64,000 bases of DNA from Moorena producens (GCF_965240435.1 NZ_CBDEKO010000003.1); one strand, 5' to 3'; numbered from the stretch's first letter, positions 10,328 through 22,181 are shown. Notes: generated by a model from the letters alone, not told the origin. Numbers and translations: made by a program.

Positions 10328-10576
10328 ATGATCAAAATCAGATTAAAACGATTCGGCAAAAAGCGTGAAGTAAGCTATCGAATAGTGGCAATTCCCAGCA
10401 GTGCACGCCGTGATGGGCGTCCTCTAGAAGAACTGGGATTCTATAATCCAAGAAATGATGAAACGAGGCTGAATGTACCAGCAATAGTGAAGTGGCTCAA
10501 AAATGGAGCTCAGCCAACACAAACCGTGCGTAATATCTTGCAAAAAGCTAATGTTTTTGAACAAATCCGTACCTGA
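10328..10576 (+). CDS. rpsP: 30S ribosomal protein S16
   Basis: [21 protein letters not shown]... canonical S16. Confidence 0.95.
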   Translation: MIKIRLKRFGKKREVSYRIVAIPSSARRDGRPLEELGFYNPRNDETRLNVPAIVKWLKNGAQPTQTVRNILQKANVFEQIRT

Positions 10577-10967
10577 AATCCTATCTGCTTCTGTTAGAGA
10601 TGATGACCCAGATTATTCAGCACTGGTGAGATTTTTAATCGAGCCGTTCTTGGAATCACCAGACTCCCTCAGCGTAGACTGTGAGAAATCAAATGGGAAA
10701 GAGCGTGTCTGGATTCGACTAGCTTTTAATGGAGAGGATAAAGGGCGAGTTTTCGGTCGGGGTGGTCGCAATATTCAAGCGATTCGGACAGTAATTAAAG
10801 CAGCAGCCCAAGCTGCTGGCCAAACTGTTTATTTGGATATCTATGAAGGCTCAGGCTCAGGTAGTAGCCCTCGTCGAGACAATGGCCCTAGTCGTAGAAC
10901 CATTGTCAGAAGAAATTTACCTCGCCGAGTTTCCAGACCTAGAGTAACTCCAAGATTTCGCTCCTAG
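10551..10967 (+). CDS. KH-domain RNA-binding protein of the ffh-rpsP operon
   Basis: ...[25 protein letters not shown]...[15 protein letters not shown]... (KH GxxG motif); ORF track start 10503 overlaps rpsP, internal ATG at 10551 chosen, true start uncertain (could be TTG 10557). Confidence 0.65.
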   Translation: MFLNKSVPEILSASVRDDDPDYSALVRFLIEPFLESPDSLSVDCEKSNGKERVWIRLAFNGEDKGRVFGRGGRNIQAIRTVIKAAAQAAGQTVYLDIYEGSGSGSSPRRDNGPSRRTIVRRNLPRRVSRPRVTPRFRS

Positions 10968-11175
10968 TTCTCTATTGCAATAGTTTTGAAGGTTTGGGTA
11001 ATGAGAGGACAATGGAGAAAAGCGGGTGAAGAACATCCGGCTGCTGTACCTCTCATTACCAATGGCAGGAAACCTTGAAGATTGGTCAAGATTGGTAGAT
11101 TGAGTTGTATATTAAGTTACTTTAAGTTACCAGTTAACTTCGATAGTTGAGACTGAAGCCTGTAGTTGATAAACC

Positions 11176-12132
11176 TTGAGTGAAGTATCCAAAACAATTG
11201 AGCTACCCAGCCCAGAAAGTGCAATCGCCTTGGTGGGAGACCAGGAAGAAAACCTGAAAACCCTATCACGGCAAACCGGTGCGCATCTGGTGCTGCGAGG
11301 GCAAGAGTTATTGATTTCTGGCACCCAGAAACAGGTCGAGCGGGTATCATCCCTAGTGCGATCGCTTAAAATTTATTGGCTCGAAGGTAAAAGGATTACA
11401 GGAGTAGACATCCAAACTGCAATTCATGCCTTAGATACTAAGCGACAGGATGAATTACAAGATTTACATCAAGATGTACTGGCTCATACTCGCCGGGGTG
11501 AGGTGATCCGAGCTAAAACCTTCCGGCAACGGCAGTATATCAAAGCTGTACTAACCCATGACCTCACCTTCTGTGTGGGACCAGCAGGCACTGGCAAAAC
11601 CTTCCTAGCTGTGGTAATCGCCGCTCAGGCGTTACTAAATAATCAATATGAACGGCTGATTCTGACACGACCAGCGGTAGAAGCTGGTGAAAAACTTGGC
11701 TTTTTACCGGGAGACTTGCAGCAGAAAATTAATCCCTATTTGCGCCCCCTTTATGATGCTCTCCATGAACTGATTGATACAGAGAAGACTGCCAATTTAA
11801 TGGAACGGGGCATTATTGAAGTGGCTCCCCTAGCGTATATGCGAGGTCGCACCCTCAATAATGCCTTCGTGATTATTGATGAAGCTCAGAACACCACACC
11901 AGCCCAGATGAAGATGGTTTTGACTCGTTTGGGTTCACGTTCTCGGATGGTAGTGACTGGTGATCTGACCCAGACCGATTTATCTAGCAACCAACCCTCA
12001 GGATTAGCGGTAACCCTAAAAATTTTAAGATCTGTAGAAGGCATTGCTTTCTGCGAACTCACCAATAAGGATGTTGTCCGTAATCCCCTCGTTCAGAGGA
12101 TTGTTACTGCTTATCAAAATTATGAAAAGTGA
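11176..12132 (+). CDS. phoH: PhoH-like ATPase
   Basis: Walker A GPAGTGKTFLAV, ...IIDEAQN..., ...VTGDLTQTDL...; TTG start per ORF track. Confidence 0.9.
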   Translation: MSEVSKTIELPSPESAIALVGDQEENLKTLSRQTGAHLVLRGQELLISGTQKQVERVSSLVRSLKIYWLEGKRITGVDIQTAIHALDTKRQDELQDLHQDVLAHTRRGEVIRAKTFRQRQYIKAVLTHDLTFCVGPAGTGKTFLAVVIAAQALLNNQYERLILTRPAVEAGEKLGFLPGDLQQKINPYLRPLYDALHELIDTEKTANLMERGIIEVAPLAYMRGRTLNNAFVIIDEAQNTTPAQMKMVLTRLGSRSRMVVTGDLTQTDLSSNQPSGLAVTLKILRSVEGIAFCELTNKDVVRNPLVQRIVTAYQNYEK

Positions 12133-12146
12133 AGAATTGGTATAAA

Positions 12147-15100
12147 CTAGGGATCTCCAACCAGAGTGAAAGCAGCCCAATAGTAGGGATGAGAAAAGCT
12201 TTGTTTTCCTGGTCCTGACAATTCTGGCGGTAACGAGATGTTCTTGCCCGAGCCATATAACTGATTATTCTCGATACGGACATTGCCTTGAATCATCGCT
12301 AACTGTGCCTGTCGCAAGGCTTCACTTTTACTCGATGTCTTTTTCAACTGACGGTAAAACTCAGTAGTCAGCCCCAGAGCACCTTGATCACTGACATACC
12401 AAAGGGTTGCCAAAGTCGAGTCAACTCCTGCCTGAAAGGCTGACCCAGCAAAACCCAACTCTGCTTCTCGATTGCCCAAAGCAGTTCGGCAAGCACTCAG
12501 TACCAATAACTCTACCGATGGCTCATAAAGCAAATTTTCCATTTCATACAGCCTTAGTTTGTGGTTCCACATCTGAATGTAGGAATCGTTAGGAGTTCCT
12601 GGGTTGAACTCTGCATGGGTGGCTAGGTGAATGATCCCATATTGCTGCTGTTCTCGTTGAGCCCTTAAATTGTCCATAGTAAAGGCTTCGTTGAGAAAAG
12701 AGCGACCTTTCCACAGTTTTTCAGTGATGGTGGTTAACTCCACTTCTACCCCAGGCAAAGGCTGTTGATAAGGAAATTTCGATGCTCCCATTGCCAGAAC
12801 CCGGAAGGGTCTGACATCTGTGTGACGAGAATAGGTTAAGCTCAGACTAGGCACCAAGTTAACACCATATTTCTCAACCAGATATTGTTGCCCATCGTAG
12901 ATAGCTGCTATAGGTAGGGAGCGCAAACCCTCATCCATAGCAAATATTAGGCTCTGAATCTTGCGGTTATTTAATTCCTTCTCCAAGGGCGCTATGATCC
13001 ATCGATAAAGTTGCTCAGCTGGGTAATGGTGGTCTTTGGCATCCAAGCTGTCGGCATTGCTAAGCGATCGCTGAAATCTATTGGTCACAGCTAGGACTTG
13101 ATCACGACTGGCACCATTGATTCGCCGCACAATTGGATTACCTTCAGCTGTGATCACCAACAGTTCCAGCTGGTCATTTGGTTGTGGTAAGCAACGCTCT
13201 GGTGCTTGAGGAACCTCAGAGAGTCGGTAACCAAACCGTCGGTCGATTTTGGAAACAGGGATTGAGGGAGCTTGACATCGAGTGCCTGGTAATGTACTGG
13301 AATTTTCGACAAAACTGACGTAAATCACGGCAGTCTTTAGCCCTGTCTCCCTCTCAAGCTCCCGAGTCCGATTGCGGACATCATTCTGAGTGTTGATTTT
13401 GGCCTTAAACGGTCGCTGAAAGTGTGACTCATATTCTTTGGTGAAGGCTTCTTCAATTAAATAAACTGGGTCACTTTCAGGTGAAACTTCTTCAGTTGTG
13501 GAATTTGATTGAGATGAAGCAGTAGGGGTTCCAGGTTCTGAAGTACCAGGGTCTGAACTACTAGGGTCTGAACTACCAGGGTCTGAACTACCAGGGTCTG
13601 AACTACCAGGGTCTGAACTAGAGGGCTCTTGCGTGTCACTTATAGTCTTGTCAGAGGGGGAAACGGCAGGCTGGTCACCATTGTTTCTACCGTTGGGCTT
13701 ACTTGTGTCAGGGCCAGGCTCTATCGGTTCTATCGGTTCTATCGGTTCTATCGGTTCTATCGGTTCTATCGGTTCTATCGGTTCTATCGGTTCTATCGGT
13801 TCTATCGGTTCTATCGGTTCTATCGGTTCTATTGGTTCTATCGGTTCTATCGGTTCTATCGGTTCTATCGGTTCTATTGGTTCTATTGGTTCTATTGGGT
13901 TAGGATTCGTCTCAGATTCGGGAAAACGGCTAAAAATCAAATCACCTATACCCCCTCCACCGAAAGCCCGCAAATCTCCCTGGATTTGATCTCTTATTTG
14001 TTGTTCCTGCTCTGGGCTGCTCTCTTGCTGACTAACAAACTCTATATCACCGGCATTACCAGTTAGATTACCACCATCACGTTGACTCCCAGCTCCTGTG
14101 TTGATCTGCAACTTAAACTTATCAAAGTCGATATTATCTAAATTTGGAACCTGAAACGTTACTTTTCCAGCATTTCCAGGAACTTCTACCTGGGTGTTGA
14201 TTCTTATCTCGACTGTTTGTCCCCCTGTCGTAATACTGCCCTCTTTGGTTTCCAAAAATACATTACCAGAATTACTCCCATTGGTTTCTGTGGTTCTTAT
14301 TTGGGTAAACGTGAAACCACTATTGCCAAAAATAATGTCACCTTTAGCAGATAAGATTACAGGACCAGCATTATTATTTTGAATTCCAGGAGCATTATTA
14401 TTACGACCATTACCAGGATTACTGGTGTTTATATTCCCAATGGTGATACTCCCTTCGGATGAAGCATTTCCAGAATTGTCGGTAACTTGATTGCTCAATT
14501 CATCCTTATTCAAACCCGCCCTTAAAATCACGGCACGAGTCTTTATTAAGGTTTGATTCTCTAATTTGTTTAAAGTATCACTATCTAATTCGTTACGCTT
14601 TGAAGTGGAAACTAACTCTAATAAATTTTCTCGCTGAGTATCTGTTAACTCTGAGTCTAAATCTGCTAGCCCAGTATCTGGTACAGTGATTGTGATATTC
14701 CCAGCTTCAATATTTCCTGTGGACTCTACTTTAAGAGAAGACCCTGTGTAATCCCCAAACGTAACATCCCCAACAGCGGTGATAATTGGGTCTTGGAGGC
14801 TAACAAAGTTATTTGGTTCACCAGCTAAATTCTCAATTGAGAAATTACCGCCACTGGCAAAGTGAGCATCTGTAGAGATCCTGCCATCGCTGACCAAGCT
14901 CAGGTCGCCACCACTCTGGAAGCGGGTGTTGGGATTCTTCAGTGCTAGGATATCAATGCCCGGATCCTGCTTAATGCCCTGATCCTGGTTCACGCCCCCA
15001 TCCCCCTGAATCTTGAGGTTTCCTCCTGCTACCGCTTGGAAGGAATTATCTGCTGTGTCCCTAATCCGCACCGTCTCCTTAGCCAATAGGGTTAAGTCCC

Positions 15101-16217
15101 CCGTGCTAGATAGCTGGCTTTCGCTCAAATTGAGGTTATTGTTAGCAGACAGGGTAATGTTATCGCTAGATATCTCACTTGCACTCAGAGTCAAGTCATT
15201 GTTGGCAGACAGGGTGGTGTTCTTACTAGATAGCTGGCTTTCCGTCAGAGTCAGGTTATTGTTGGCAGAAACAGTCAAGTTATTATTAGCAGACAGGATT
15301 GCTCTTTGTGCTGTTAGGTCCTTAACAGTTACATCCCCAGGCGCTATAGTGATGCCAGAACTAGTCAAGGTCACGGTTTTATTATCACCATTATCCGTGA
15401 ATTCTGTGGCATGACTGACACCATCCCCGGTTAATAGCTTCGGTAAAGAGAGCGGTGTAAAAGATTGTTCTGCTGTGGAAGCATCTGAGGGTAGGGGTTC
15501 AACTTCCAAATTCAGCAAACTTCCTGGCTGGCTAATTTTTACCAAACGTTCCCCAGGCACAGCAGCTATAGTAATTGTTGCGTCTGGAAGCTCCAGTTGA
15601 TTGGTGTTGATGACAGTACCACCGATTAAACTGAGGTTATTGCCTGCTGCGACTTCTAGCTTACCCTCATTAAAAATTAGTCCCGGTGTCTCGGATGTAT
15701 CAAACGCAAAGGCACTGGGTGTACCGACTAAGGTAGAGTAGTCATTGGCACTAAAGGCATTAAACCAATTGTCATCACCAAAGCCAATCCTAGTCGCCGT
15801 AGTTGCGGTGAATGAAGCGGGGACATCCAGCTGGCTATTAGCACCAAAAATTATCCCGGCTGGGTTCATTAAAAACAGGTTAGAGTTGCCCTGTGTTACT
15901 TTTATTAGACCGTTGATCACAGAAGCATTACGACCGGTGACCCGACTCAGAATGTTTTGTATACCCGGTTGAGATAGGAAGTTAGCAATTTGGTCTTGGT
16001 CTAGACCAAATTCCTCAAAGCTGTGAAAGATATTATCTCCAGAGCGAATGCCACCATCAATGTCAAATTGATTGCCATCGGAGGTGACTTGGGTCGGAGT
16101 GCTATCATCGGCTTTAATCTGTGCTTGAGTTGGCATGACACCAATATGGGCTACCAACAAAGATACGGCTGCCAGGGACTGGCTGATTTGACTCACAGCT
16201 AATTTGATTTGGCTCAT
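12147..16217 (-). CDS. giant secreted protein: TPS (filamentous-hemagglutinin N-terminal) secretion domain + repetitive beta-rich middle + (PIE)n and (SSDPG)n linkers + C-terminal CHAT protease domain
   Basis: N-term signal + ...NIFHSFEEF...NLFLMNPAGIIFG... (TPS domain); C-term ...HLATHAEF...LVLSACRTALG...HPYYWAAFTLVG (CHAT His/Cys dyad). ORF track 12147..16262; start placed at MSQIKLAV (16217). Confidence 0.85.
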   Translation of the reverse strand: MSQIKLAVSQISQSLAAVSLLVAHIGVMPTQAQIKADDSTPTQVTSDGNQFDIDGGIRSGDNIFHSFEEFGLDQDQIANFLSQPGIQNILSRVTGRNASVINGLIKVTQGNSNLFLMNPAGIIFGANSQLDVPASFTATTATRIGFGDDNWFNAFSANDYSTLVGTPSAFAFDTSETPGLIFNEGKLEVAAGNNLSLIGGTVINTNQLELPDATITIAAVPGERLVKISQPGSLLNLEVEPLPSDASTAEQSFTPLSLPKLLTGDGVSHATEFTDNGDNKTVTLTSSGITIAPGDVTVKDLTAQRAILSANNNLTVSANNNLTLTESQLSSKNTTLSANNDLTLSASEISSDNITLSANNNLNLSESQLSSTGDLTLLAKETVRIRDTADNSFQAVAGGNLKIQGDGGVNQDQGIKQDPGIDILALKNPNTRFQSGGDLSLVSDGRISTDAHFASGGNFSIENLAGEPNNFVSLQDPIITAVGDVTFGDYTGSSLKVESTGNIEAGNITITVPDTGLADLDSELTDTQRENLLELVSTSKRNELDSDTLNKLENQTLIKTRAVILRAGLNKDELSNQVTDNSGNASSEGSITIGNINTSNPGNGRNNNAPGIQNNNAGPVILSAKGDIIFGNSGFTFTQIRTTETNGSNSGNVFLETKEGSITTGGQTVEIRINTQVEVPGNAGKVTFQVPNLDNIDFDKFKLQINTGAGSQRDGGNLTGNAGDIEFVSQQESSPEQEQQIRDQIQGDLRAFGGGGIGDLIFSRFPESETNPNPIEPIEPIEPIEPIEPIEPIEPIEPIEPIEPIEPIEPIEPIEPIEPIEPIEPIEPIEPIEPGPDTSKPNGRNNGDQPAVSPSDKTISDTQEPSSSDPGSSDPGSSDPGSSDPSSSDPGTSEPGTPTASSQSNSTTEEVSPESDPVYLIEEAFTKEYESHFQRPFKAKINTQNDVRNRTRELERETGLKTAVIYVSFVENSSTLPGTRCQAPSIPVSKIDRRFGYRLSEVPQAPERCLPQPNDQLELLVITAEGNPIVRRINGASRDQVLAVTNRFQRSLSNADSLDAKDHHYPAEQLYRWIIAPLEKELNNRKIQSLIFAMDEGLRSLPIAAIYDGQQYLVEKYGVNLVPSLSLTYSRHTDVRPFRVLAMGASKFPYQQPLPGVEVELTTITEKLWKGRSFLNEAFTMDNLRAQREQQQYGIIHLATHAEFNPGTPNDSYIQMWNHKLRLYEMENLLYEPSVELLVLSACRTALGNREAELGFAGSAFQAGVDSTLATLWYVSDQGALGLTTEFYRQLKKTSSKSEALRQAQLAMIQGNVRIENNQLYGSGKNISLPPELSGPGKQSFSHPYYWAAFTLVGDP
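13457..13640. repeat. 15-nt tandem repeat (CTGAACTACCAGGGT) x~5 inside CDS, encodes (SSDPG)n
   Basis: Direct reading of sequence and of translated SSDPGSSDPGSSDPG. Confidence 0.9.
13719..13897. repeat. nonamer tandem repeat GGTTCTATC x~20 inside CDS, encodes (PIE)n on minus strand
   Basis: Near-perfect copies with a few C>T variants; all three plus-strand frames and antisense frames produce spurious ORFs (13629..14066, 13633..13989, 13703..13903). Confidence 0.95.
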
Positions 16218-16897
16218 GGGTAATATCGTTTTTAATCGGCTATCCTGAATTCCAAAATGCATTAGTCAACTACAGGATGAGATTAGCAATTTCCTAATAC
16301 GTCTGTTTTTAAGCTGAGGTCAGATGCACCCTGGGGTATCAGCTGCTTAGGAGTGAATGACACTGAATTACACTGAATTACACTGAATCACAATACTGAG
16401 GGGAATAGTACTCTGAGTCAGGGTTTGGTAAACATCAGGCTGGTTGGCTTAACTGAAATCTTGAAGCCTTTATGAAGATCTAAGTATATACACTAGTATT
16501 ATATATACTCTTTGATTATGAAGATTACTGATTAACTTTGTTCCGGTTAATTTATATTAACTTCACTAAATCTTTTTGATATTGCAAAATAGTTTGAAGC
16601 TCTCTATGGTAAGCTAATCAGATTAATTTTTAATTACCAGGCAATTGAAGTAAAAGTCAGTAAAATCATCGATTATCAAGAACTCTAGAGATTTTGGACA
16701 GTTCTCGCGAGAGTGAACTATACTTGAGAGTTAGCGCTGGATTAGGCTAAAGGATATCTAAAAGGATATCTCAGTGGAAACAGCGATACTGCAGACACCC
16801 AAAGTTAAAATGGTAAAGGTCAGCACTCCCCTGTTGCTTTGATTCTTGATTAGATGGGGAGATCTCCCTTACGGACAAGATCGCTGACCAGTCTAAG

Positions 16898-17743
16898 GTG
16901 ATGAGGAATTTTGGTTTGAGAAGAATTTTGGGATTATGTCTGGTGTTAACCTTGCTCCTGGCTGGTGGTGAGGCTCAGGCAGGAGAGTTAGCTCAGCGTT
17001 TAGGTCAGTTTCCTGATTGGAAAAGCAAACCGCCAGTGACAGCGGCGACCGGGGATTTGCTATATCCCACTTGGATCAAGGGGACTTGGAAAGTTACCAG
17101 CACCCTGATCGAGCAGATAGCACCTCTAGCACCAGAAATAGTGACACCAGGATTTGAAGGTAATCGCAGTCATCTAAAAGAACCAATTAGTTTTCTGGTG
17201 CGGTTTCAACAAGTTGGGAAATCGCGCTCAGGGCTTGGGGATTGGTTTATTCCGTTTAGAACTCGACGTTCTAGAAAAAATCTATCAGTCTTCAAACCTA
17301 CCTCAGAGGTGGTTGCTGAAGACGTGGTTGCTGACCGAGGGTTCAATGGGTTGAATATTGCTAAGGCTTACTTAGGCGATCGCATAATTAGAGCTGTCAA
17401 AGTAGACCCCAATACCCCTAATCGTCAGATTACCCTTCTGCGCACCGGGAGCCAACTAGTTTCGGTGATTACTGGTCGCGCTTCTGAAATACCAGCTCCC
17501 GATCAGTTTATTGCCACAGAAGTTATCAACCAAGTCTTTCGCGGTACTCGCCGACCTTTTTTCAACGAAGTAGAAACCACAACAGCATATCAGTTCTATA
17601 AATCACCTAGTCCGATTATTAAGGCTGACCAAGTCACAGCAGTTTATCTGTCACCACAAGACCCCGATTACTTTAAAGCCTTGGAAAAACCTGTGGCTCT
17701 CTATCGCTATCAATTAGAGCTAGTAGCAGTCAAGGACGGTTGA
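16898..17743 (+). CDS. hypothetical secreted protein (signal peptide), divergent from the TPS-CHAT gene
   Basis: MMRNFGLRRILGLCLVLTLLLAGGEAQA signal peptide; no recognised domain; too short (281 aa) to be a TpsB transporter. Confidence 0.5.
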   Translation: MMRNFGLRRILGLCLVLTLLLAGGEAQAGELAQRLGQFPDWKSKPPVTAATGDLLYPTWIKGTWKVTSTLIEQIAPLAPEIVTPGFEGNRSHLKEPISFLVRFQQVGKSRSGLGDWFIPFRTRRSRKNLSVFKPTSEVVAEDVVADRGFNGLNIAKAYLGDRIIRAVKVDPNTPNRQITLLRTGSQLVSVITGRASEIPAPDQFIATEVINQVFRGTRRPFFNEVETTTAYQFYKSPSPIIKADQVTAVYLSPQDPDYFKALEKPVALYRYQLELVAVKDG

Positions 17744-17744
17744 A

Positions 17745-18050
17745 GGTTGAAGGTTAACCGGTTGAAAGTTGTTAAAAGTTTAAAGGTTAAAAGTTGAAGG
17801 TTAAAAGTTGAAGGTTTAATCTTAGGGTAATGCTGGGTAATGGTGTTGGGTTAAGAGTACTAGTGGCGTTGGGAAGGTGTTGGGAGATTTGCGATCGCGA
17901 TTGTTGTTAACTCAACCTTCAACTGGGTAACCTTAAACTGGGTAACCTTAAACCTTCAAGCTTCAACCAACTAACCTTCAACCTTCAACCTTCAACCAAC
18001 TAACCTTCAACCTTCAACTTTCAACCTTCAACCTTCAACCCTTTAATAAC
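17745..18050. repeat. two CCTTCAA-type heptamer arrays in inverted orientation (GTTGAAGG... then ...CCTTCAAC) flanking a ~90-bp unique core containing HIP1
   Basis: Direct reading; potential long stem-loop. Confidence 0.8.
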
Positions 18051-18051
18051 C

Positions 18052-18963
18052 TTAAACCTGATTTTCCCCAATCCAATTCAGCAAAATCGGGTTGACTATC
18101 TCTGGTGCTTCATCTTGGGGACAATGACCCAAACCTTCTAAAGGAATAAACTTTTCTACAGTCGGGAATTTAGCTAATTCTCGTCCCAAGTCAATGGGTT
18201 CCCAAGGGTCTTCGGTGCCCCATAGTATGATGGCACGACAAGGCAAAATTGGGATCAGGTCTTCTGGTAGAGGTCCTTGAGAATAGCTAGTAAAAGCAAT
18301 AAAAACATCAGCTGCACCGGGATCAGCTGCTGGTGCCATGATTAGATCAACCAGTTCATCAGTTACGGCTTCTGGACGGCAGTAGGCTTGCAACAGAATA
18401 TTACGCACTACTTTAGGCTTAGCCAGCTGACTAAAAAAATACTGGCCAACCCACTTAATTTTTAAGAATCGTTGAAGTACTGGTGCGCCAAGACGCTGAT
18501 ACCAAGGGAGTTCAGCCCGTTTACGCTCATGGAGTAGTCGTAGAGAAAAGTTGAGCAGGGCGACTCCTTTGGCTAGCTCTGGATTATCTACAGCGGTTTG
18601 CATCAGGGCAATACAGCCGATAGAGTTTCCGACTAAAAAAGCCGGACCACCAACTACCTCCCGACAGAAATCGGCAATTTGTTGCCCCCAGGTTTCAAAG
18701 GTATAGTCTATCTCTATACCAGGAGTTGGTTTAGCTGAAGCGCCAAAGCCAATCAAATCAATGGCATAACATCGGCAGGTTTCCCCTAACACTGGCAAGG
18801 TCTTGCGCCAATGTCCGGAAGATGCCCCAAAGCCATGGACCATAACCACAGCTGGTCCAGAATTACCGTAAGCTTTATACCCAATGGAAAAGCCTTGCCA
18901 CATCCAGGTTTTTGTTTCAATCTGATCCCTGATTGGGGCTGTGAAAGAGGAGGACATGATCAA
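18052..18963 (-). CDS. alpha/beta-fold hydrolase
   Basis: ...VVMVHGFGASSGHWR... and nucleophile elbow GNSIG, ...GHCPQDE... (catalytic His). Confidence 0.8.
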   Translation of the reverse strand: MIMSSSFTAPIRDQIETKTWMWQGFSIGYKAYGNSGPAVVMVHGFGASSGHWRKTLPVLGETCRCYAIDLIGFGASAKPTPGIEIDYTFETWGQQIADFCREVVGGPAFLVGNSIGCIALMQTAVDNPELAKGVALLNFSLRLLHERKRAELPWYQRLGAPVLQRFLKIKWVGQYFFSQLAKPKVVRNILLQAYCRPEAVTDELVDLIMAPAADPGAADVFIAFTSYSQGPLPEDLIPILPCRAIILWGTEDPWEPIDLGRELAKFPTVEKFIPLEGLGHCPQDEAPEIVNPILLNWIGENQV

Positions 18964-19302
18964 AAAATCCCAAGTTATGCCATACCTTTACCTTTACATT
19001 GTGTAACAAAGTCTGGTAGCTCTGGTAAATAGTCAGCTGCAGGAGTGGTGATTTTACGGATTCCCTATTCAGCCACGACAACCTATGGTAGAGGTTGCCA
19101 AAATGCTCCAGAAGCTCTTTTAGCATCTGAGCAGGTCGAATACCCTTGATTTAGAATTGGGTCGGGAAATTTCCCCTTGATGCTAAATTCGTCTATGAGC
19201 TCATTAGCGATCGCATCATCTCCCCTTAAGCAAAGCTTGCATTGTAAAGGGAGTTGACCCATAATCCATGACCCATGAACCATCACCCATCACCCATCAC
19301 CC

Positions 19303-19851
19303 ATGACTATAGAAAAAATCATCATCACCATTGGCAGTTATGCTCCGGATTTTGAATTGCCGGGAACTGATGAGCAGGTTCACCATCTCTGCCGTTACTT
19401 AGAACGTTTCTCAGGAGTGGGAGTTATTTTCTTAGGCAACAACTGCCCCTATGTCAATTGCTACATCCCAAGACTCAAACAGATTCAAGACCAGTTTGAA
19501 CATCAAGGTTTTACCCTAGTGGGCATTAATGCCAATGATGTTTATCAGTACCCCGCAGAGAGTTTTGAGGAAATGAAGCAGTTCTGCCAAACTCAGCAAT
19601 TGAACTTTCCTTACCTTTGGGATCCAACTCAAGACGTAGCTCACAGCTTTGGTGCCCAGAAAACCACTGAGGCATTTTTAATTGACCATAAGGGAATTGT
19701 ATGCTATAATGGGTCAATTGATGATAATCCCCAAGATGGTGACGCAGTACAAGCCCATTACTTGAACAGTGCGATCGCGTCTCTTTTAACAGGGCAAGAG
19801 ATTTCACCACAATCAACTAAGGTAACTGGTAGTCCTATTCAGTGGCGATAA
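19303..19851 (+). CDS. thioredoxin-fold protein (redoxin / AhpC-TSA-like)
   Basis: ...YAPDFELPGTDEQ...VIFLGNNCPYV...; preceded by CCATCAC heptamer array 19262-19300. Confidence 0.65.
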   Translation: MTIEKIIITIGSYAPDFELPGTDEQVHHLCRYLERFSGVGVIFLGNNCPYVNCYIPRLKQIQDQFEHQGFTLVGINANDVYQYPAESFEEMKQFCQTQQLNFPYLWDPTQDVAHSFGAQKTTEAFLIDHKGIVCYNGSIDDNPQDGDAVQAHYLNSAIASLLTGQEISPQSTKVTGSPIQWR

Positions 19852-19903
19852 TCCTTAAGCTGGGATTAAAAATGAGCGATCAGGGATGAGGGATCAGCTA
19901 TGA

Positions 19904-21236
<1,333 letters not shown>

Positions 21237-21394
21237 TGCTACTGTGTAATGCTACTGTGTAATGTTACTGTGTAATGCTATTCTCGGTGGGGGGTGAGTT
21301 CATTTTGGCAACTCTTCCCTCTATCAGCATTCACAGTTGTGTGTAATTGTTGTACTTGTGTACTTACTAGTTATTTGACATTTATCTAAAAATG

Positions 21395-21520
21395 AACCGC
21401 TCATCCCACGACTAGCCAGGTCTAGGATGAGCGGAAATTTTTAATCTACTTGAACAAAATCACCCGTTCATCCCACGACTAGCCAGGTCTAGGATGAGCG
21501 GAATTTTTCAATCTACCTGA
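21395..21520 (+). terminator. two tandem copies of a ~63-bp element each forming hairpin CGCTCATCC...GGATGAGCG followed by T-tract; likely terminators of pyrH-frr (or a MITE-like duplicate)
   Basis: Direct reading: ...ccgctcatcccacgactagccaggtctaggatgagcggaaattttt... twice. Confidence 0.4.
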
Positions 21521-22181
21521 ACACTTTGTTAATTTTCTCATATTTTTTATTGTTGAACAAAAAAACAAAATTTAGGAAGTAAACGACTCAATCCTAGATT
21601 TGGTAAGGGATTGAAGCAATATTGACTAAATGCTTCATCCTAATTGATGTATGAATTTTTCGTATATAAATGTAAAAAACAATAGGTTTATGTTAATATA
21701 TGTTGCAGTTGAGAGTTGGTGTTGTTAGTGTAGGCTTATGGCTTAGTTACTGGTAAAGACTCATTTCAAGGAGGGTACCAACCATGCTCTACATCAACAC
21801 CGATTCTGGCTACGGATTGATTAAGTGATGCCAAAATGATTTGAAGGATATTTCGACCACCGATTCTTACCAAGTTTCCGCAACAAACCGGGGAGAAATA
21901 TCTTAACCAGTTATCCACCAGACTGAATGGCAAATTGCCGCTGCTTTGACTCCCTTAGCCAATAGTCCGATAGCTAGGGTCGGGGATAAGGCTGTTGCCA
22001 TCAATTATTTGTAGGTAGTCTTTACCAATTTTGAACTGCCTACGGATAACCCTTGCGTGGGAGCAAGATTTCACTGTCAATAGCTTCAGTGTCACAAACT
22101 TCACTGCGACTAATTTGAGTCTGAGTGGGTTTAGCGACGCATCCGATGCTTGTTTGTTTTCAACTATAGGTATTATAGCAC

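Noticed and set aside
13629-14066. ORFs 13629..14066, 13633..13989, 13703..13903, 13457..13639 (RFYRFY..., GSIGSIGS..., LSVLSV..., QTLVVQTLVV...)
   Set aside because: Alternative-frame and antisense readings of the (PIE)n nonamer and (SSDPG)n 15-mer repeats within the giant TPS-CHAT gene.
16898-17743. Could the divergent neighbour be the TpsB partner of the TPS-CHAT protein?
   Set aside because: 281 aa, far too short for a POTRA + 16-strand-barrel TpsB (~550 aa) and no such motifs; kept as hypothetical secreted protein.
21784-21828. 14-aa ORF MLYINTDSGYGLIK preceded by a perfect AAGGAGG Shine-Dalgarno
   Set aside because: Too short and unsupported. Could be a leader peptide but equally chance; noted only.
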